A program made the translations under genes and the position numbers. A stretch of DNA of 64,000 nt, taken from NCBI GenBank assembly GCA_965237525.1, contig CBDEFO010000008.1:256001-320000 (forward strand), in the 5' to 3' direction. A model generated the notes under the pieces. It saw only the letters and a program-made list of their open reading frames with translations, had not been told where the DNA came from and did not search any database. The DNA is from Candidatus Latescibacterota bacterium. Lineage in GTDB: Bacteria; Latescibacterota; CBDEFO01. Shown piece by piece: positions 52,439 through 63,602 of this stretch (positions are counted from its first letter, which is position 1; the number at the start of each line of letters is the position of its first letter).

Positions 52439-52909
52439 ATGACACCAATATACGGCATAAGTCAGCTTATAAAAGCTCTTCAAATAAAGAACCATGATGG
52501 CGCTTCACGGGTGAAGAAGAGTGAGCCTATTACGAAGGAGGCTCGTCTTGATAGCCTGGATCTTTCTGAAGTAGCCCTGAGCTTCCATAACCTCCAAGTT
52601 AAGTTTGACTCGATCCCGGACGTAAGGCATGAGAAGGTCGCTGATGTAAAGGACAAGGTTAAGGAAGGTTACTACAATGGAAGAGAAGTAATAGAGGAAG
52701 TTGCAAAAGCGATTATTAAGACAAAGATATCCGGCGACTTCGAGATAGCCAGAAAGGTCATTGTCAAGACTAAAGGTCAGACTGACGTGAGAACAGACAA
52801 TGTCGAAAGAGCGCGCCAAAGGGTAGAAGAAGACTTTTACTTCACAGATCGGGTCAAATCGGTTATAGCACAAAAGTTGTCGTATATCCTTAAAAGGAAC
52901 GCGACTTAA
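52439..52909 (+). CDS. flgM: FlgM-like anti-sigma-28 factor with two tandem C-terminal repeats
   Basis: D.LDLS, IPDVRHEKV..VK.KV.EGYY and TDVRTDNVE.AR.RVEE.FY. Confidence 0.7.
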   Translation: MTPIYGISQLIKALQIKNHDGASRVKKSEPITKEARLDSLDLSEVALSFHNLQVKFDSIPDVRHEKVADVKDKVKEGYYNGREVIEEVAKAIIKTKISGDFEIARKVIVKTKGQTDVRTDNVERARQRVEEDFYFTDRVKSVIAQKLSYILKRNAT

Positions 52910-52947
52910 AACCATGACTGATCTTCACAAAAAATTCGATCAAGAGC

Positions 52948-53367
52948 ATGGTCGATCAGATAATAGTCAATGAGGGCATAGCCACACTGCCGGATCCGGA
53001 TGCACTTTATCGATGGCGTGAAAAAGTCAGTGCTCCGGAAGGCGGCTTTCAAGTGCTACAGAAAGATATTCCAGGGAGACAATAAACATCATCCCAACGG
53101 CACCTGGAATGGTACAGATGCGCTAACTGCGAGCAAGAATGCCACAAGCACATAGACTTAAGGAATGATCCGACCAATCCTACCCGAAAGAAAGTGCCAG
53201 ACCAGTGTCCGTTGGAATTGGATCTTTACAGCCTCAAGTGTACAGGCTGCAGCCACGAGTTCCCCTCGCCCCCTGACGAAAGCGATAAACCTTACAGTCC
53301 CTACTGTCCCGACTGCAAAGAGATTATGAAGGAGGATTACGATATACTTTGCACACTTATATCTTGA
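52948..53367 (+). pseudogene. Cys-rich Zn-ribbon-like protein interrupted by TAA at 53083-53085
   Basis: One 140-codon frame with CANC, CTGC and CPDC motifs after the stop. Confidence 0.55.
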
Positions 53368-53528
53368 TATCCTTCCTATTATCAGTTCCCTGTTTAATCG
53401 CCCGCCCTAGTTTAAATCCACATCTTTTACAAATTTGGAGAACTACACCCCCTTTACAAAGCCCCCTTTGTTCCTTTCGCTTGGATAGTCCCTCTTCTTA
53501 AAGCACCCAGAGCTATTCAGTTTTCTTT

Positions 53529-53684
53529 GAGCTTGCTTCGGGATTTCATCCCTCGCAATGACCGAAGCCAAGCAACGTCGTTGCGAAGCGACGTGGGCAC
53601 TGCGCTCGTTGCTGCCACCCCTTTTTGCAGGGAGCACGAAGTGCCAACAAACGATGAAGTGGCGAAGTGTGCGAAGCAATCTCG
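53529..53684. repeat. REP-like structured repeat cluster
   Basis: GAGCTTGCTTCG..CCTCGCAATGAC and GCGAAGCAATCTC, related to 4419, 33792 and 61498. Confidence 0.6.
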
Positions 53685-53783
53685 ATTCCTACTCTTATCT
53701 TGACACATAAGAAAGTATAGACTATATTTATGCCGTTGTGAAGTGAGCATCGGGTGGGATTCTCTAAATGGGTCAAAATCGGC

Positions 53784-54869
53784 ATGAAGAACCCCTTTGA
53801 CATCAACATCTGCCAAAAACTGCTTATCAAGGCTTTTCAACTTTTTCCTTCGGAAGATGTTCTTATCTTCTCCTGTGGAAATCCCCACTTTGCACTTATA
53901 GTGGCCAAGCTGAATCCCGACGCCCGTATTTATATAGTGGATACTGATATAAGATCCGTCCACCTTGCAGAAGAGCAAAAAGACGCAACGCACATCTTTA
54001 ACGCTCAGGCTATCCTCGCTGATACACCACAAGACCTGAAAGACTTACGGTTCGCTGCTGTGCTCTTAAGCCCTCCCATCCACATAGGCAAAGACAGGAT
54101 CTTCGAGATGATTGAGGATTCTGCCCACCTTTTAAAACCGAACGGACGCCTCTATTTTTCCGCAAAGACAAACAAAGGAGCCAAGACATACTCCTTAAGA
54201 ATGCAACAGGTCTTGGGAAATTCGACCCTGCTCAAAAAGGGAAGCGGGGTCAGGGTTGTGCTCTCGCTCAAAGATCAAAGGACCGACAGCCGCCTTAAGA
54301 GACTTCCATCTGACAGATACCATAACAGAGTAAGGGAGACTATAAGAGAAAGACAATATACATTCGTTACCACCTGCGGAATATTCTCAAGAGAGAGAAT
54401 CGACTCAGGGACAAAGCTCTTGTTAGAAGCTGTGCAGATTAAACCGGGAGACGTTATACTCGACCTGGGATGCGGATACGGAGCTATAGGGATAACGGCA
54501 GCACGTGAAGCTTCCCAGGGTGAGGTGTACATGTTGGACTCCGACATAAGAGCCGTTAAGTTTGCGAACAAGAACATAAAGATCAATGAGATTACGAACG
54601 CCCAGGCTCTTATAAGCGATGGCTTTGAAAATCTCAAGAATGAAAAATTCAACCTCATAATCAGCAATCCTCCCTCCCATCGCGGAGCAGGCACGGCGCT
54701 TCAGTTTGTAGCAGGATCTTACAAGGCTCTCGGAAAAAAAGGGAGACTCTATCTTGTAGCTGTAAGACCCCAGCTATATAGAAAAAGGATGATTAACATT
54801 TTCGGAAACGCCTGTGTTGTCGAAGGAAACGGGGACTATACAGTGCTGATGTCGGAAGCGGGACGTTAG
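53784..54869 (+). CDS. RsmC/MTS-type methyltransferase with tandem domains
   Basis: GIFS..RIDSGT.LLL, LDLGCGYG, ISNPP motifs; degenerate N-terminal copy. Confidence 0.85.
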   Translation: MKNPFDINICQKLLIKAFQLFPSEDVLIFSCGNPHFALIVAKLNPDARIYIVDTDIRSVHLAEEQKDATHIFNAQAILADTPQDLKDLRFAAVLLSPPIHIGKDRIFEMIEDSAHLLKPNGRLYFSAKTNKGAKTYSLRMQQVLGNSTLLKKGSGVRVVLSLKDQRTDSRLKRLPSDRYHNRVRETIRERQYTFVTTCGIFSRERIDSGTKLLLEAVQIKPGDVILDLGCGYGAIGITAAREASQGEVYMLDSDIRAVKFANKNIKINEITNAQALISDGFENLKNEKFNLIISNPPSHRGAGTALQFVAGSYKALGKKGRLYLVAVRPQLYRKRMINIFGNACVVEGNGDYTVLMSEAGR

Positions 54870-54903
54870 CTGAAAGACTGACTATTAGGAGAAGAGAGCC
54901 TGA

Positions 54904-55743
54904 ATGAGCCAGACATCCGGGCAATACGACAGGAAAGTATTCAGATGGTACGGCATATTGGGAGCCGCCATAATCATCGTATCTGAAATCCTAATGTTTC
55001 AAAGGGTTATGATAGTATCTCAGTTTTTTACAGCCATTGTCTGGACCGGATACATCCTCTTCATGGACGCCTTAATCTTCAAATTGAAGGGCGAATCTCT
55101 TATCTCTAATAGAACGAGGGAACTCGTTCTTATGCTTATCTTGTCTGTAATATTCTGGCTGATATTTGAGTTCTACAATTTCTCCATCAAAAACTGGCAC
55201 TATATCAATCTGCCCCCAATATGGTGGGTCAGATGGTTAGGTTGTATTTGGGCTTTTGCAACCATACTGCCGGGAATATTCCTGACTACTGAGTTGATAG
55301 AGACATCGGGGATATTCAAAGGGGCAAAAACCAAGAGGGAGACGATCACAAAAAGAGGGGCATATACGCACATGGCATTTGGAGCGCTCTGTCTGATAAT
55401 ACCTATGATCCTCCACTCCGATTACCTGTCCCCCCTTGTGTGGGCGGGATTCATCTTCCTGTTAGAACCGATAAACTATATTTCAGGGGGAAGATCTATT
55501 CTGAGAGATTTGGAACAGGGAACGACCGAGAAGTTCTGGTCTCTTATGTTAGCCGGACTTGTATGCGGGGTGCTGTGGGAGTTTTGGAACTATTGGTCGT
55601 ATACCAAATGGATATACACCGTCCCGTATCCGCTGGACATCAAGATATTCGAGATGCCCATTTTGGGGTGGCTCGGCTTTCCGCCCTTTGCCGTTGAATG
55701 CTACGCTATGTACAACTTTGCAAGAGTGACCCTGAAATTCTAG
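54904..55743 (+). CDS. Conserved integral membrane protein
   Basis: FW.IFE.YN..IKNWHY, LWEFWNYWS, FEMPILGWLGFPPF motifs. Confidence 0.8.
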   Translation: MSQTSGQYDRKVFRWYGILGAAIIIVSEILMFQRVMIVSQFFTAIVWTGYILFMDALIFKLKGESLISNRTRELVLMLILSVIFWLIFEFYNFSIKNWHYINLPPIWWVRWLGCIWAFATILPGIFLTTELIETSGIFKGAKTKRETITKRGAYTHMAFGALCLIIPMILHSDYLSPLVWAGFIFLLEPINYISGGRSILRDLEQGTTEKFWSLMLAGLVCGVLWEFWNYWSYTKWIYTVPYPLDIKIFEMPILGWLGFPPFAVECYAMYNFARVTLKF

Positions 55744-56689
55744 TCTCGACAGCCTCTATTACCTCTTTTATTGAGACTTCCCGCTGGCTTTTATACGACG
55801 AGATCGTGGTCACATTTTCGCCTCTGGGAGCCCATATATCGGGATCAGACGCCTTGAATATCGCAAGTGTAGGTGTCCCAACCGCCGCTGAGATATGCGA
55901 AACGCCCGAATCGTTCCCCAAAAAGAGGTGGCACCTTTCCAGAAGAGCCGCCAATTGTACGAGGGAAAGGTCTTTTACCAGGATAGGATTGAAGCTCTGT
56001 CGGTTCAGGACGTCATTTACAGCTTCCTTGTCTATGGGTCCAGAGATCAGGACGACCTTGGCCCCGCGAGCGCGGCTTATGTGCTCGATGACAGATGCGA
56101 AGTTCTCCGGAGGCCACATTTTCTTTTTCCCTCCGCACCCCGGGTGAACGGCAACTAACGGTCTGAACTTCCTCAGTTTCTCCTCCGACAAAAACTTCGA
56201 CGCGAAGCACCTGTCCTGAGGATTTAAGAATATCTTAGGAGCTATTCCCTCTTCCCGGATGCCGAGCGGCCTTAGGGCGTCTATCAGATGATCTATAGCG
56301 TGTCTTTTTTCGCATTGTGCTGGTGCAACCACTCTGTCGGGAATAGGGTCCCAAACGATTACGGATCTTGCCCCTGTTCTCCTCAGATTCCGCTCGAGTA
56401 GGCCGTCGTCGTCTCTTTGGTACGACACTATCAGATCGAATCTTGAAAAGTAATCCGAAATATCTCTATCCAGCCTTCCATCCTTCCTAAAAAAGCTCGA
56501 CATTCCGGCTGTATCTACAGACCTTCCTGCATCGGCATAGTACCTCCCCAGGGCCAACTCCAGCGTCGAGGGATAACCCATAACCTCGACCTTTGCCCTG
56601 GGAAATCTTCTCCTCAGGGCTCCGATAGCCGGGAGACTCAGCACGAAATCGCCTACAGCTCCGGAACGTATCACAAGGATATTTTTCAA
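55706..56689 (-). CDS. GT9 (heptosyltransferase-like) glycosyltransferase
   Basis: GAVGD, HPG.G..KK.WP, GNDSGVSH motifs. Confidence 0.92.
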   Translation of the reverse strand: MKNILVIRSGAVGDFVLSLPAIGALRRRFPRAKVEVMGYPSTLELALGRYYADAGRSVDTAGMSSFFRKDGRLDRDISDYFSRFDLIVSYQRDDDGLLERNLRRTGARSVIVWDPIPDRVVAPAQCEKRHAIDHLIDALRPLGIREEGIAPKIFLNPQDRCFASKFLSEEKLRKFRPLVAVHPGCGGKKKMWPPENFASVIEHISRARGAKVVLISGPIDKEAVNDVLNRQSFNPILVKDLSLVQLAALLERCHLFLGNDSGVSHISAAVGTPTLAIFKASDPDIWAPRGENVTTISSYKSQREVSIKEVIEAVETRISGSLLQSCT

Positions 56690-56804
56690 GGGTTCTTCAT
56701 CGCCTCCTCATACTTGACCAATCGCATAACATGATCTGAACTGTCCCTTAAGTCTTAGTATTGCAAAGTTGATGCGAAAAGTCAATAAGAGACACAAAAT
56801 TTCC

Positions 56805-56833
56805 TTGACAAATCTCGCTCTTTTTCCGATAAT
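56805..56833 (+). promoter_or_regulatory. Sigma70-type promoter
   Basis: TTGACA-17 nt-GATAAT. Confidence 0.6.
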
Positions 56834-56879
56834 AGTCGATGCCTATATCTGCAATCTGTAAAGGACGGAACTCTATCCT

Positions 56880-58784
56880 ATGTCAAAGAATGTGCCCAGA
56901 TTTATAACGCTGATTTTGATTATTCTCCCTCTTCTTATCTCATCGTGTCAGCCTCCTGATGCCGTAAAGGAGGAAGAACCTCCACATCGAGTGGTGCGCC
57001 CCCCGCAAGTGGAAGGTACTCGTGAGAAGATCGTTCAAAGAGATCTCAGTTTCAGCCTGAAACCTATCGGCAATCCTTTCATCGGACCCAACAACGCCCT
57101 CGTACAAGTGCACAATCCTACCTCCAAAGATAGATATTTAAGCTTCATATTGAAAGTAATCTCTCCGGCTGGAGAGGAGACCTTAAGCTCTATTGACACC
57201 TCTGTATTCCCCGATTCTATAACACTCGTCTCTTTGGATTATGCCACACCAGAAAAGGGGAAATATAGAATATGGATCATGGCTATAGACACAGCTTCCG
57301 ATGCGATAGTCTATTGGTCCGGCGGACAGATCCTTCGCGTCCACGATCTTTTAGAGTTGAGTCTGGACCGGGCATACTATACCTCAGAGGAGAAGATAAG
57401 ATGTCAGATAGAGCTAAATATCCCTTTAAATCTGCTTGCGGGCACAAGTCTGGAAATCTATCTTTACCAGGGGGAACCGGAAAAGGTCGACAGACCAGTC
57501 GGCGCCACAGGTGAAGCTGACTATCACCAGAGTCTTTTCGGGAAAGAAGGTGAAGGACTCGTATCGGAAAGACACGTAGCACCGCTGGAACCGGGCGATG
57601 TCAGGGTAGAATTCGACGCTGAACGGATACATATCGGTAAGTTTTCGATCAGGGCGGAACTTAAGGATATAGAAAGCCAGATTTCAGCGTCGGCCAGGAT
57701 AGTCTCCCAGAAACTCCCACCTAAGAACAGAGAAGTTAAGATAGATTTCTTCACGAACAACCTCCTTGTAGATGGGACGCCCTTTTTCCCAGTCGGACTC
57801 TACTGGCTCAGAAAGGACATCCTCTCTGACATGAAAAGCAAAGGCTTTAACTCGGGAGATTATTATCCGTGGCTGACGAAAGGTCAAATTAGTGAACTTA
57901 TGGATGCGGCGCGAGATAGCGGCATGATGATCCTCTTAGAACTGAGCGAGTTTTTGAGAGTGGACAAAGAGCCAGATCTTGAGGGCATAAAAAATACAGT
58001 GTCTCTTTACAAAGATCATCCTGCCCTCCTCTTGTGGTACTTAATAGACGAACCCGTTGAGACTGATACCCCTCCCTACACTACACAGAAGGCCTACGAT
58101 CTGGTAAAGGAACTTGACCCCTATCATCCTGTGTACATGGTCAACAATCGTCCCAACTATTACGACCACTATGCCGAATCATCAGATATTCTGGCTATAG
58201 ACCCTTACCCTATTCCCAAGTATCCCCCCTCCAGGGTCTCGGACCTGACGGACAGGGCCAAAGAGGCTGTGGAGGGCAAAAAGCCTGTATGGGTTATCCC
58301 TCAGGCATTCGGAGCGACCGAACGATGGGATAGGACGCCGACTCCCGAAGAAGAGCGATTGATGACGTACCTTGCGCTGATACACCGAGCCAAAGGCATC
58401 CTCTTTTACAGGTACTGTGAGGAATCCGAGCGGAATATCCAGCCGCTCAAACTCTGGCAGGAGGTAGTAAAGTTAGCCAAGGAGATAGGAGAGCTTTCCC
58501 CTGTGCTCCTCTCTCACGACTATAGGGGGAATATCGCGGTGGACCCGGACACGCTGCGGATAGATACTCTACTGAAGGAACACGACGGCAGTATCTATAT
58601 ATTCGTCGCTAACAGGAGCAAAGACTCCCTCAAGATGAAGATCCATCTGGAGGACATAGAAAAAGACACGGAAGCCCAAATTCTCTACGAGGACGAGACG
58701 ATAATCATCAAGGATGGCCTTCTGGCAGATAGACTGAAAGGTTACCAAGTCCGCATATACAAGGTTGTAGGCAGTATGCAGTAG
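56880..58784 (+). CDS. Lipoprotein with a C-terminal GH-A-clan-like TIM barrel
   Basis: Lipobox ISSC; VDG.PFFP.G.Y, HPALL.WYL.DEP, D.YP, PVW.I.QAF motifs. Confidence 0.75.
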   Translation: MSKNVPRFITLILIILPLLISSCQPPDAVKEEEPPHRVVRPPQVEGTREKIVQRDLSFSLKPIGNPFIGPNNALVQVHNPTSKDRYLSFILKVISPAGEETLSSIDTSVFPDSITLVSLDYATPEKGKYRIWIMAIDTASDAIVYWSGGQILRVHDLLELSLDRAYYTSEEKIRCQIELNIPLNLLAGTSLEIYLYQGEPEKVDRPVGATGEADYHQSLFGKEGEGLVSERHVAPLEPGDVRVEFDAERIHIGKFSIRAELKDIESQISASARIVSQKLPPKNREVKIDFFTNNLLVDGTPFFPVGLYWLRKDILSDMKSKGFNSGDYYPWLTKGQISELMDAARDSGMMILLELSEFLRVDKEPDLEGIKNTVSLYKDHPALLLWYLIDEPVETDTPPYTTQKAYDLVKELDPYHPVYMVNNRPNYYDHYAESSDILAIDPYPIPKYPPSRVSDLTDRAKEAVEGKKPVWVIPQAFGATERWDRTPTPEEERLMTYLALIHRAKGILFYRYCEESERNIQPLKLWQEVVKLAKEIGELSPVLLSHDYRGNIAVDPDTLRIDTLLKEHDGSIYIFVANRSKDSLKMKIHLEDIEKDTEAQILYEDETIIIKDGLLADRLKGYQVRIYKVVGSMQ

Positions 58785-59176
58785 ACCGTAAGCGGGGATT
58801 CTCCCAACGCAACCCCTTATACAACACCTGCAGCGGTGAAGTCACGTGTTCGCTCCTGCAGTAGACAGATAGGCAAGCGAAAAACAATTGATTTTGGATC
58901 GGTTATTAGTTATTTTAATAACATAGAGGTTCTCTCAGAAGGAAGGGCGCTATATGTCGAGAATGGACTGAGGGGAAAATGAGTGCAGAAAGAGACGGTT
59001 GCGGCTTTCTGAAAGGCAAAGGATGGATAGCGCCCAGTGACGATAAGAAGTGGAGCACCTACTGCAAAATAACAGCGTTTCTTCACTTCCGGATTTACTG
59101 TCTTTTCGAATCGTAAGAGCTCAGTCCCCTTCGACTGGGCTCTTCGTATTATGATGGGAGTCAACGGAGTTTCCAG

Positions 59177-60268
59177 ATGGCGCTTTCGATCGGTATAGTA
59201 GGCATGCCCAACGTGGGAAAATCCACGCTCTTTAATGCCCTGACCCAGGCCGGAGCCCAGATGTCCAATTATGCCTTTACAACTATAGATAGAAATGTAG
59301 GGGTTGTGGAGGTTCCGGACGAGAGATTGCAGGAACTCAACCGCCTTCTATCACCGGAGGAGTGCATACCGACGACGATTCAGTTTGTTGACATCGCTGG
59401 ACTCGTCGAGGGAGCAAGCACAGGTGAAGGTCTGGGAAACGAATTCCTGGGACATATACGAGAAGTGGACGCTGTTGCCCACATGGTCAGATGTTTTGAG
59501 GACGAAAGGGTAGTCCGCACAGATCGGAGCATTGATCCATCCAGAGACGTGGAGATCGTGAACGCAGAGCTTGCCCTTGCCGATTTACAGACTGCACAAA
59601 AGGGCTTACAAAGATGGGAGAAGATAGCTAGGAGTGATGCAAAATTAGAATCGGGTCAGATAGATGCGTACAGAAAGGTAAAAGATGGCCTCGAACAGGG
59701 GATAGCGGTACGAGGCATCGTTCTTTCAGATGAAGAGATGGAGATCTTGGCAGAGAGCCATTTTTTGACGCTCAAGCCCCTCTTGTATGTGGCAAATGTG
59801 GACGAGGACGACCCAAAGGGCGAAGGTCTGCTTGTCAAAGGGCTAAGAGAGTCCCTTGGAGAAAATAAGATCATAACCTCGATCTCAGCTAAGATGGAGG
59901 AGGAGATCTCCGAGCTTCCCGATGAAGAGCGGGAGGAGTTCCTATTCGATCTCGGATTAGAGGATTCGTGCATAAACAGGTTCATATTGGAAGGATACAA
60001 GCTCTTGAATCTGATTACGTTTTACACCACCGCAAACAACAAACTCAGAGCTTGGCAGCTAACAGACGGAACTAATGCCCCCGACGCTGCGGGAAACATT
60101 CACTCTGATATGCAACAAAGATTCATAAAGGCAGAGGTGGCATCTTACGAGGATCTGAAGAGACACGGCTCTATGGCAGAGCTTCAGCGGACAGGATTGG
60201 TGAAGATAGAGGGCAAGGATTATAAGGTGAGAGACGGGGACGTTATGCATTTTATGTTCGGTAAATAA
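59177..60268 (+). CDS. ychF: Ribosome-binding ATPase YchF
   Basis: GIVGMPNVGKSTLFNALT, DIAGLV.GAS.GEGLGN.FL, EGKDY.V.DGD motifs. Confidence 0.96.
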   Translation: MALSIGIVGMPNVGKSTLFNALTQAGAQMSNYAFTTIDRNVGVVEVPDERLQELNRLLSPEECIPTTIQFVDIAGLVEGASTGEGLGNEFLGHIREVDAVAHMVRCFEDERVVRTDRSIDPSRDVEIVNAELALADLQTAQKGLQRWEKIARSDAKLESGQIDAYRKVKDGLEQGIAVRGIVLSDEEMEILAESHFLTLKPLLYVANVDEDDPKGEGLLVKGLRESLGENKIITSISAKMEEEISELPDEEREEFLFDLGLEDSCINRFILEGYKLLNLITFYTTANNKLRAWQLTDGTNAPDAAGNIHSDMQQRFIKAEVASYEDLKRHGSMAELQRTGLVKIEGKDYKVRDGDVMHFMFGK

Positions 60269-60482
60269 TCGGTGAACAACTTGAAAACCAAGAGTTAACA
60301 TGACAAAAATGTAGTAGACAGCAAATAGTAGACTACATACGGGGTGGCAGCCAAAGCGAGATTTCTTCGCTGTCCCTTCGCTTCGCTCTGGGCTAAAGGC
60401 TGCCAATTACGGTTCAGGAGTGAGAAAGTGCCCTCCCGAGATCCAATCCCCGATTGACTCTGTCAGGGGGGCTGTCTACTGA

Positions 60483-61466
<984 letters not shown>

Positions 61467-61497
61467 TTGACAGCATACAGCCAGAGGCAGTTCAACG

Positions 61498-61702
61498 GAG
61501 ATTGCTTTGCTATCGCTCGTAATGACAGTGCTTGGCTAATGACCCACAGGACAGACAAAAATGTCTGTCCTACTGTCTGCTATTGCAAGGGGTGAAACAT
61601 GGTGGGTCAGACATTCCTGTCTGACGAAGCAATCCCCGATTGAATCTAACGGGACAATGGAAGGGAGGCGATGCCCCTGTGTACCGTCTACTACTGTCTA
61701 CT
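61498..61702. repeat. Mosaic of REP-like elements between hemB and prs
   Basis: GAGATTGCTT..CTCGTAATGAC, GGACAGACA..TGTCTGTCC, and GGTGGGTCAGACATTCCTGTCTGACG (exact inverted copy near 46963), plus a CCCCGAT palindrome and CTGTCTA heptamers. Confidence 0.75.
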
Positions 61703-61719
61703 TAAAAAAAGGGGTGACC

Positions 61720-62697
61720 ATGTTAAACAGCCTGAAGGTCTTTTCCGGCAACAGCAATCCAGCTTTGGCTCAGGAGATATGTGACTATTTAGACATCCAG
61801 CCGGGCAAGATAAGCTTCAACAAATTTAGCAATGAAAACATCAAGGTTAAAATCGAAGAGAATGTCAGGGGAGATGACGTCTACGTGGTGCAGACGGCCT
61901 CGCCTCCTGTGAACGAGGGGCTTGTGGAACTTTTGATAATGGTAGATGCCCTTAAGTACGCATCGGCTGGCAGGATCACGGCTGTTCTGCCTTATTATTT
62001 CTACGGCAGATCCGATAAGAAGGATGAGCCGAGGATCTCCATCGCCGCGCGCCTTGTGGCAGATCTGTTGGAGACAGCGGGGGCTGACCGGATCTTGACC
62101 ATGACTTTGCACTCTCCTCAGATCGTAGGATTCTCCAGAATCCCGGTAGATCAGCTCCTTGCAACATCTTTGATATGCGGATATTTTGAGCGAAAGAACC
62201 TGGAGAACACCGTCGTAGTTGCCACTGACGTAGGACGAGCAAAGGAAGCGGAGATATACGCCAAGAGATTGCGGCTTGCGATGGCAATTATAGACAAAAG
62301 GAGATACGCCGACGATGAGAAGGCACAGGCTGCAAATATCATAGGGGACGTAGAGGGCAAGAACGCCCTGATATTTGACGATGAGATCCTGTCGGGCGGC
62401 TCGATTATAGAAGCCGTCAGGATACTCAAGGAATACGGGGCTTTAAGTATCATGGCCGGATGCACGCACGGGATATTTTCAGGCGAGGCCGTCTCGAAGA
62501 TAGAAGCCTCTCCCATTGAGGAGTTCGTGGTGACGAACACGTTGCCATTCCCGAAGGAGAAGAGAATACCCAAGATCAGGGTACTATCTGTGGCCAGGCT
62601 CTTTGGAAACGCTACAAAGGCGATTCACCTGGGAGATTCCGTAAGCAAGCTGTTCGATGACGGATTCGGCTACGATCAGTTAAGTCTGGTGCTGTGA
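61720..62697 (+). CDS. prs: Ribose-phosphate pyrophosphokinase
   Basis: FSGNSN, ENVRG.DV, PY..Y.R.DKK, DKRR, DD....GG motifs. Confidence 0.95.
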   Translation: MLNSLKVFSGNSNPALAQEICDYLDIQPGKISFNKFSNENIKVKIEENVRGDDVYVVQTASPPVNEGLVELLIMVDALKYASAGRITAVLPYYFYGRSDKKDEPRISIAARLVADLLETAGADRILTMTLHSPQIVGFSRIPVDQLLATSLICGYFERKNLENTVVVATDVGRAKEAEIYAKRLRLAMAIIDKRRYADDEKAQAANIIGDVEGKNALIFDDEILSGGSIIEAVRILKEYGALSIMAGCTHGIFSGEAVSKIEASPIEEFVVTNTLPFPKEKRIPKIRVLSVARLFGNATKAIHLGDSVSKLFDDGFGYDQLSLVL

Positions 62698-62722
62698 TTT
62701 TTGCTAATAATCGTTATCAAAT

Positions 62723-63508
62723 ATGACTGAAGATAGAGATAACTATTCGGGTCACTGGTACAAAGATATCTTTGATCGGGATTACCTGAAGTATTGGCTT
62801 TCTGACGAGGTAAAAAGGAGATTAGACCGGGAGGCTCCCAGAGAAGTCGCTTTCGTAGAAGGAGCGCTTCAGCTTGAAGTGGGGAGCAAAGTTTTAGACC
62901 TGTGCTGCGGTCAGGGCAGACACGCTGTGGAGTTAGCCAAAAAGGACTACGATGTGGTGGGCGTCGATCTTTCTGCTAAGCTCCTGGAGGAGGCTCGAAA
63001 GAGGGCACAAAGAGAAGGAGTATCCCTCCTCATAGAACGCAGCGACATGAGGGAGATTACCTACTAAGATGAGTTTGATGCCGTGATCAATATGTTCTCA
63101 GCGTTCGGCTATTTTGATAGCGATCAGGAGGATCTAAAGGTCATCGGCAAAGTCGCAAAGGCGTTACGACCGGGCGGCAGTTTTCTCATCGACCTTATCA
63201 ACAGGGACAGAGTTATCCGCGAGTTTAGACACAGGGATTGGCATCAGGCGGGAGAGAACAGCTGGGCTCTCCTCGAACGCTGTTGGGACACTCAAAAAGG
63301 AAAAGTCATCAGCAAGTTCACGATAGCCGAGCCCCACGAGATCACACACTACGAAATAGATTTGAGGCTCTACACTTACACGGAGATCACGGGAATGCTG
63401 CGGTCCTGTGGGCTTTCTCCTATAAAGTGTTACGGAGACTTCGAGAATGTACGATTCGACCTTGAGTCCAAAAGGATGATCGTGGTGGCAAAGAAGGTAT
63501 ACTGCTAA
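62723..63508 (+). pseudogene. Class I SAM methyltransferase with an in-frame TAA at 63065-63067
   Basis: VLDLCCGQGRH..DMREITY*DEFDAVINMFSAFGYF is continuous in one frame. Confidence 0.85.
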
Positions 63509-63602
63509 TGTTCGGGAATTATATACCAAAGTTACCAGATTTCCCTTGACAAGACCACCCTTTTTCGGTAGATTAGTTACCAGAAAGAGGGAGGATTTAG
63601 GA

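Noticed and set aside
58785..59170. Structured ncRNA or small gene between the lipoprotein and ychF
   Set aside because: Hairpins and an 84-aa antisense ORF are present, but I recognise no family and have no independent support.
61561..61719. N-terminal extensions of prs, xerD, ogt and the amidohydrolase shown in the ORF track
   Set aside because: They run through intergenic repeats or neighbouring genes; downstream ATGs match family starts.
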